From: Selaginella moellendorffii
Lineage: Eukaryota > Plantae > Lycopodiophyta
Assembly: GCF_000143415.4 (NCBI RefSeq)
Contig: NW_003314277.1
Span: forward strand, 1 to 64,000
DNA length: 64,000 nt
Direction of reading: 5' to 3'
The translations under genes were made by a program, and so were the position numbers. Every line of letters starts with the position of its first letter. The first letter of the stretch is position 1. This document shows positions 60,853-64,000 of this stretch, piece after piece. The notes beneath the pieces were generated by a model, which ran no database searches, was not told the origin of the DNA, and saw only the letters and a program-made list of their open reading frames with translations.

Positions 60853-62745
60853 AGGTTTTTGTCCTTCTCTATCAATTGCTTCTAGGAGGTAATTTATGAT
60901 GTTTTAAAAACTTATATGCAATATATATCTAGTTTTCTAGAAATCTTCCTAGGTATGCGTAGCACAACATATATAATATGAGTCTTCCCCTAATTTGAGA
61001 AGGAATCGTATAAAAATCTATTTATCAATGATACATTAAAAGACAATTGAATGCATCCACTTCTAATAAAAAAAGCATGTCACATATCAATGTGATAATG
61101 ATAGTGACAATAACAATGTTAGTGTCAGAGATAGTGATAGTGATAATGTCAGTGTTAAAGATAATTACAATGTCAGTCTATCAAATTTCATAATTACTAG
61201 TATTATGAGTTCATTACTTATATAAGAGGGGGGGCAGGGGGAGGGATGGATAATATCATAGTGTAAGAATTATTAGTAGCTAAAACTTCAGTAGGATGGC
61301 CTAAAAGTACTATATTTAACACTTGTGGATGTAATATATACTAACAAAATATTGTTCCTCATTATAAAGCAATAATTATTGTGAGTTTTTAACTCTTTTT
61401 GGATTTTCTTATACATCCACTTATGCACACTTTCCACACCAATTCTTGGGCAATTGTGACAATGTTCTTGAAAAGTTTCTAAACCCATGTAGCCTTTTGT
61501 CTTATCCAAATAAAAGTACCATATAGGACATTAAAGATAATATGTATTCATTCTTTCAAAAGTTTCGCAAAATTTTGAAAAAACATCTAACATCACTGTT
61601 GAAACATATGAGACAATCCATCTTTAGTAACAATATCTAAAACATTATTTAGAAAAAGGATTTTTTACTTAGGGCTATAAAAGGAAGAGCCTCACAACAA
61701 TTGTTAAAGGTGGAATATTGGTAAAAGTTGGAGATGGAGGTGGAGACTCATATAAAATGTATGGGAACCAAATGAAAATAGCAATAATAGTCTCTTTAGT
61801 CATTCTTACACTCTAAACAAACTAAATTTTCAATGTTGAAAACATTTTTTATTAATATTTATACTAAGAAAAAATCTAGAGGTTTTTGAAAGTTTAGATT
61901 GTCAGTCTTAAAAATGATACTTCAAAATTCTATAAAGACATTATTATATATGATGAAGTGTTAACCACAACATTCCCAACTTAATTTGCTTTAACATATT
62001 TGGCTTTGCAAAAAGCAAAAAGCTTCAGAAACAAACACCAAATTGCATTATCAACTCAGATGGCCCTTGAGGAAGATGATGCAATTATTGAAAAGCATCA
62101 TTATAATCATTAACATGTCTAAATGCATGTTTAAAAACATCTGGGAGAATGCTCCAATCCTCATGAATGGGTACACTCAAACCATTATACTATTGCAATG
62201 CCATCCTTTAAAGACATATGGAAAAATTTACACAAATGCCAAGTATCATCCCAAGAATGATATGTGGCAATCACTGTAAAGTGATCAAACCAATATTTTA
62301 AATATTTTAATATTTTTAAATTTAGCTAAATAATTTAATTTTTATTATAATGAGTACCATAAATTAATTATGACAAAATAAGGTTTTGTTTTAGTATTTC
62401 ATACTCAAGATTTACATATAGATTATAATACTTATATTTGGCAGCCAAAGATCTACAAAGGTTTCTTGATTGTTATTTTGTTCGTCTATAATAAAATTCA
62501 GATGTTGTAAGCATTCAACATTGGATGCCTCTTAGTTGTGCCTGACTATCATCTCCTTGTAGTAAATGCGGAGGATACCTCGCTCTGGGAGTGATCCCAA
62601 TGTTCTTGACTTATGGTAAGGAAGAAAGCATCAAACAAACACACAAAATTCACAGCCAACTTACAAGACAAATTCGTTCTTTATGGAGTGGTCAATCTGC
62701 TCCTGACTTTTTGGATCCTTGTTTCTCAAGAAACCAATAGTTAGC

Positions 62746-62758
62746 TAGGGTTTAGGGT
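62746..62758 (-). promoter_or_regulatory. Telo-box-like motif immediately upstream of the PIS start codon
   Basis: TAGGGTTTAGGGT (AAACCCTA on the minus strand). Confidence 0.4.
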
Positions 62759-63928
62759 ATGGCTGCTTCAGCTACATCGAGGCGCTGGCCGATCTATCTC
62801 TACGTTCCCAATCTCATTGGTATGCACGATTCGCTTGATCGCCTCAATCTCTACGTTTTATTTTGTGGCAGGGTACGCGAGAATCCTCATAAACATCACG
62901 GCTTTTGCGATATGCTTTAGCCACAAGGCTCTTTTCGTGGCGCTCTACTTCTTTAGGTGAGTTTCACAACAATGCCGTCATACATTTTTCTCAAACCCGC
63001 CCGCAGTTTCGTTTGCGATTATTTCGATGGACGCTTTGCCCAATTGCTGAATCAAAGTGAGCGCCTTGTTGTTTGTTTTTTTTTTTTTTTTGGCCTTCTT
63101 GTGTAAAACAAAGCTTTGCTCTACAGGGTCGACATTTGGAGCTGTTCTCGACATGGTCACGGATAGGTAGTGCCGAGAATTCGATTCAATCAAGCTATAA
63201 ATCGCTGTTCTTTCTTTGTTCTTGTCAACAGGGTCAGCACTGCAGCACTTCTCGTCATCCTTTCGCATCTCTTCTCGTAAAATTTCTCAGTTTTTCGCTT
63301 GGTTTGAGGGATTTTTCTTCTGATAGTTTTCCATACCAGGAACGCATATCTCCTGTTTGTGGGGCTTCTCGCCCTCGACATCTCCAGCCACTGGCTCCAG
63401 ATGTACAGGTTTGTTCTTCACAAAACGATTGAAAATACAAATGCGGCTAAACGTCTTTCATTTTTTCTTTCGTAGTACGTTTCTCTCCAACAAAACCAGC
63501 CACAAGGACGTGAACGATAGCAAGAGCCTTCTTCTCCGACTCTACTATCAGTACCGAGCTGTGATGGGCTACTGCGCTATCGGCGCAGAGGTTCTATACC
63601 TCGTCTTGTATCTCTTGGGAGATGGCTCCAAGGATCTCACAGAGGTATGTCTCAATTCTCGCCTTAAACTCTCTCGCATTCCATGTTTGATTTTCTTGTT
63701 TCAATCTAGGTGGTGCTCACGGCTGCTGCCGAGAAATCAGTGTTGTTCTACGTGGGACTATTTGCATTTCCCGGCTGCGTGATCAAGCAGATAGTAAATC
63801 TCGTCCAGGTGAAGTTCTTCTTGCTTCTTTGCTTAGTTCTCACTTGGGTTGTGGTTTTCCAGATGAAAAGCGCGGCAGATTTGTGTGTGGTGCATGACTT
63901 GCAAAAGCCGCAGCAAAAATCCAGCTAG
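62759..63928 (+). CDS. PIS1: Phosphatidylinositol synthase (CDP-diacylglycerol--inositol 3-phosphatidyltransferase), 9 exons
   Basis: Spliced translation: MAASATSRRWPIYLYVPNLIGYARIL...FVCDYFDGRFAQLLNQRSTFGAVLDMVTDRVSTAALLVILS...LDISSHWLQMYSTFLSNKTSHKD...IKQIVNLVQMKSAADLCV. Contains the CDP-alcohol phosphotransferase motif. Has eight ~50-70-bp GT-AG introns (e.g. 62820-62871, 62957-63006, 63057-63126, 63167-63231). Confidence 0.95.
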
Positions 63929-64000
63929 AAATCGGTGGTTTTTCGACGAAGTATAGCGAGTTTTTAAATCTAAGAAGCCCGCCCTATGGATAGATTTTAG

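Noticed and set aside
61095-61180. GATAGT/GATAAT-like degenerate repeat
   Set aside because: Short low-complexity tract in AT-rich intergenic DNA with no further structure.
62560-62620. Possible small exon (KCGGYLALGVIPMFLTY followed by GTAAG) upstream of PIS
   Set aside because: Too short to assign, and I could not link it to other exons.

Overview
Land-plant nuclear DNA: TTTAGGG repeats and ~50-bp GT-AG introns, consistent with a compact lycophyte genome such as Selaginella (inference). About 59 kb is one nested transposon cluster, and it can be unpicked using target-site duplications. A Ty3/gypsy chromovirus (family B, copy B1) contains a second chromovirus (A1), whose 5' LTR is interrupted by a ~13-kb TIR DNA transposon (copy 1). 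B1 also contains a Mutator-like element (23673-58131, 9-bp TSD). That element holds an inverted second copy of the 13-kb TIR element plus two more chromoviruses (A2, B2). The only clear host gene is a 9-exon phosphatidylinositol synthase at the right end. Two results stand out. (1) Both unrelated DNA transposons carry a large cargo gene, divergent from the transposase, encoding a ParB-like domain fused to a beta-class N6A/N4C DNA-methyltransferase-like domain. One also has an FCP1/NIF-like HAD domain. Each element carries its own repeated palindrome, and a third MTase relic lies outside the nest. (2) Both family-A chromoviruses keep two canonical spliceosomal introns inside integrase, so unspliced RNA cannot encode the catalytic Glu or the chromodomain. 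All domain calls come from manual motif reading, not database searches.
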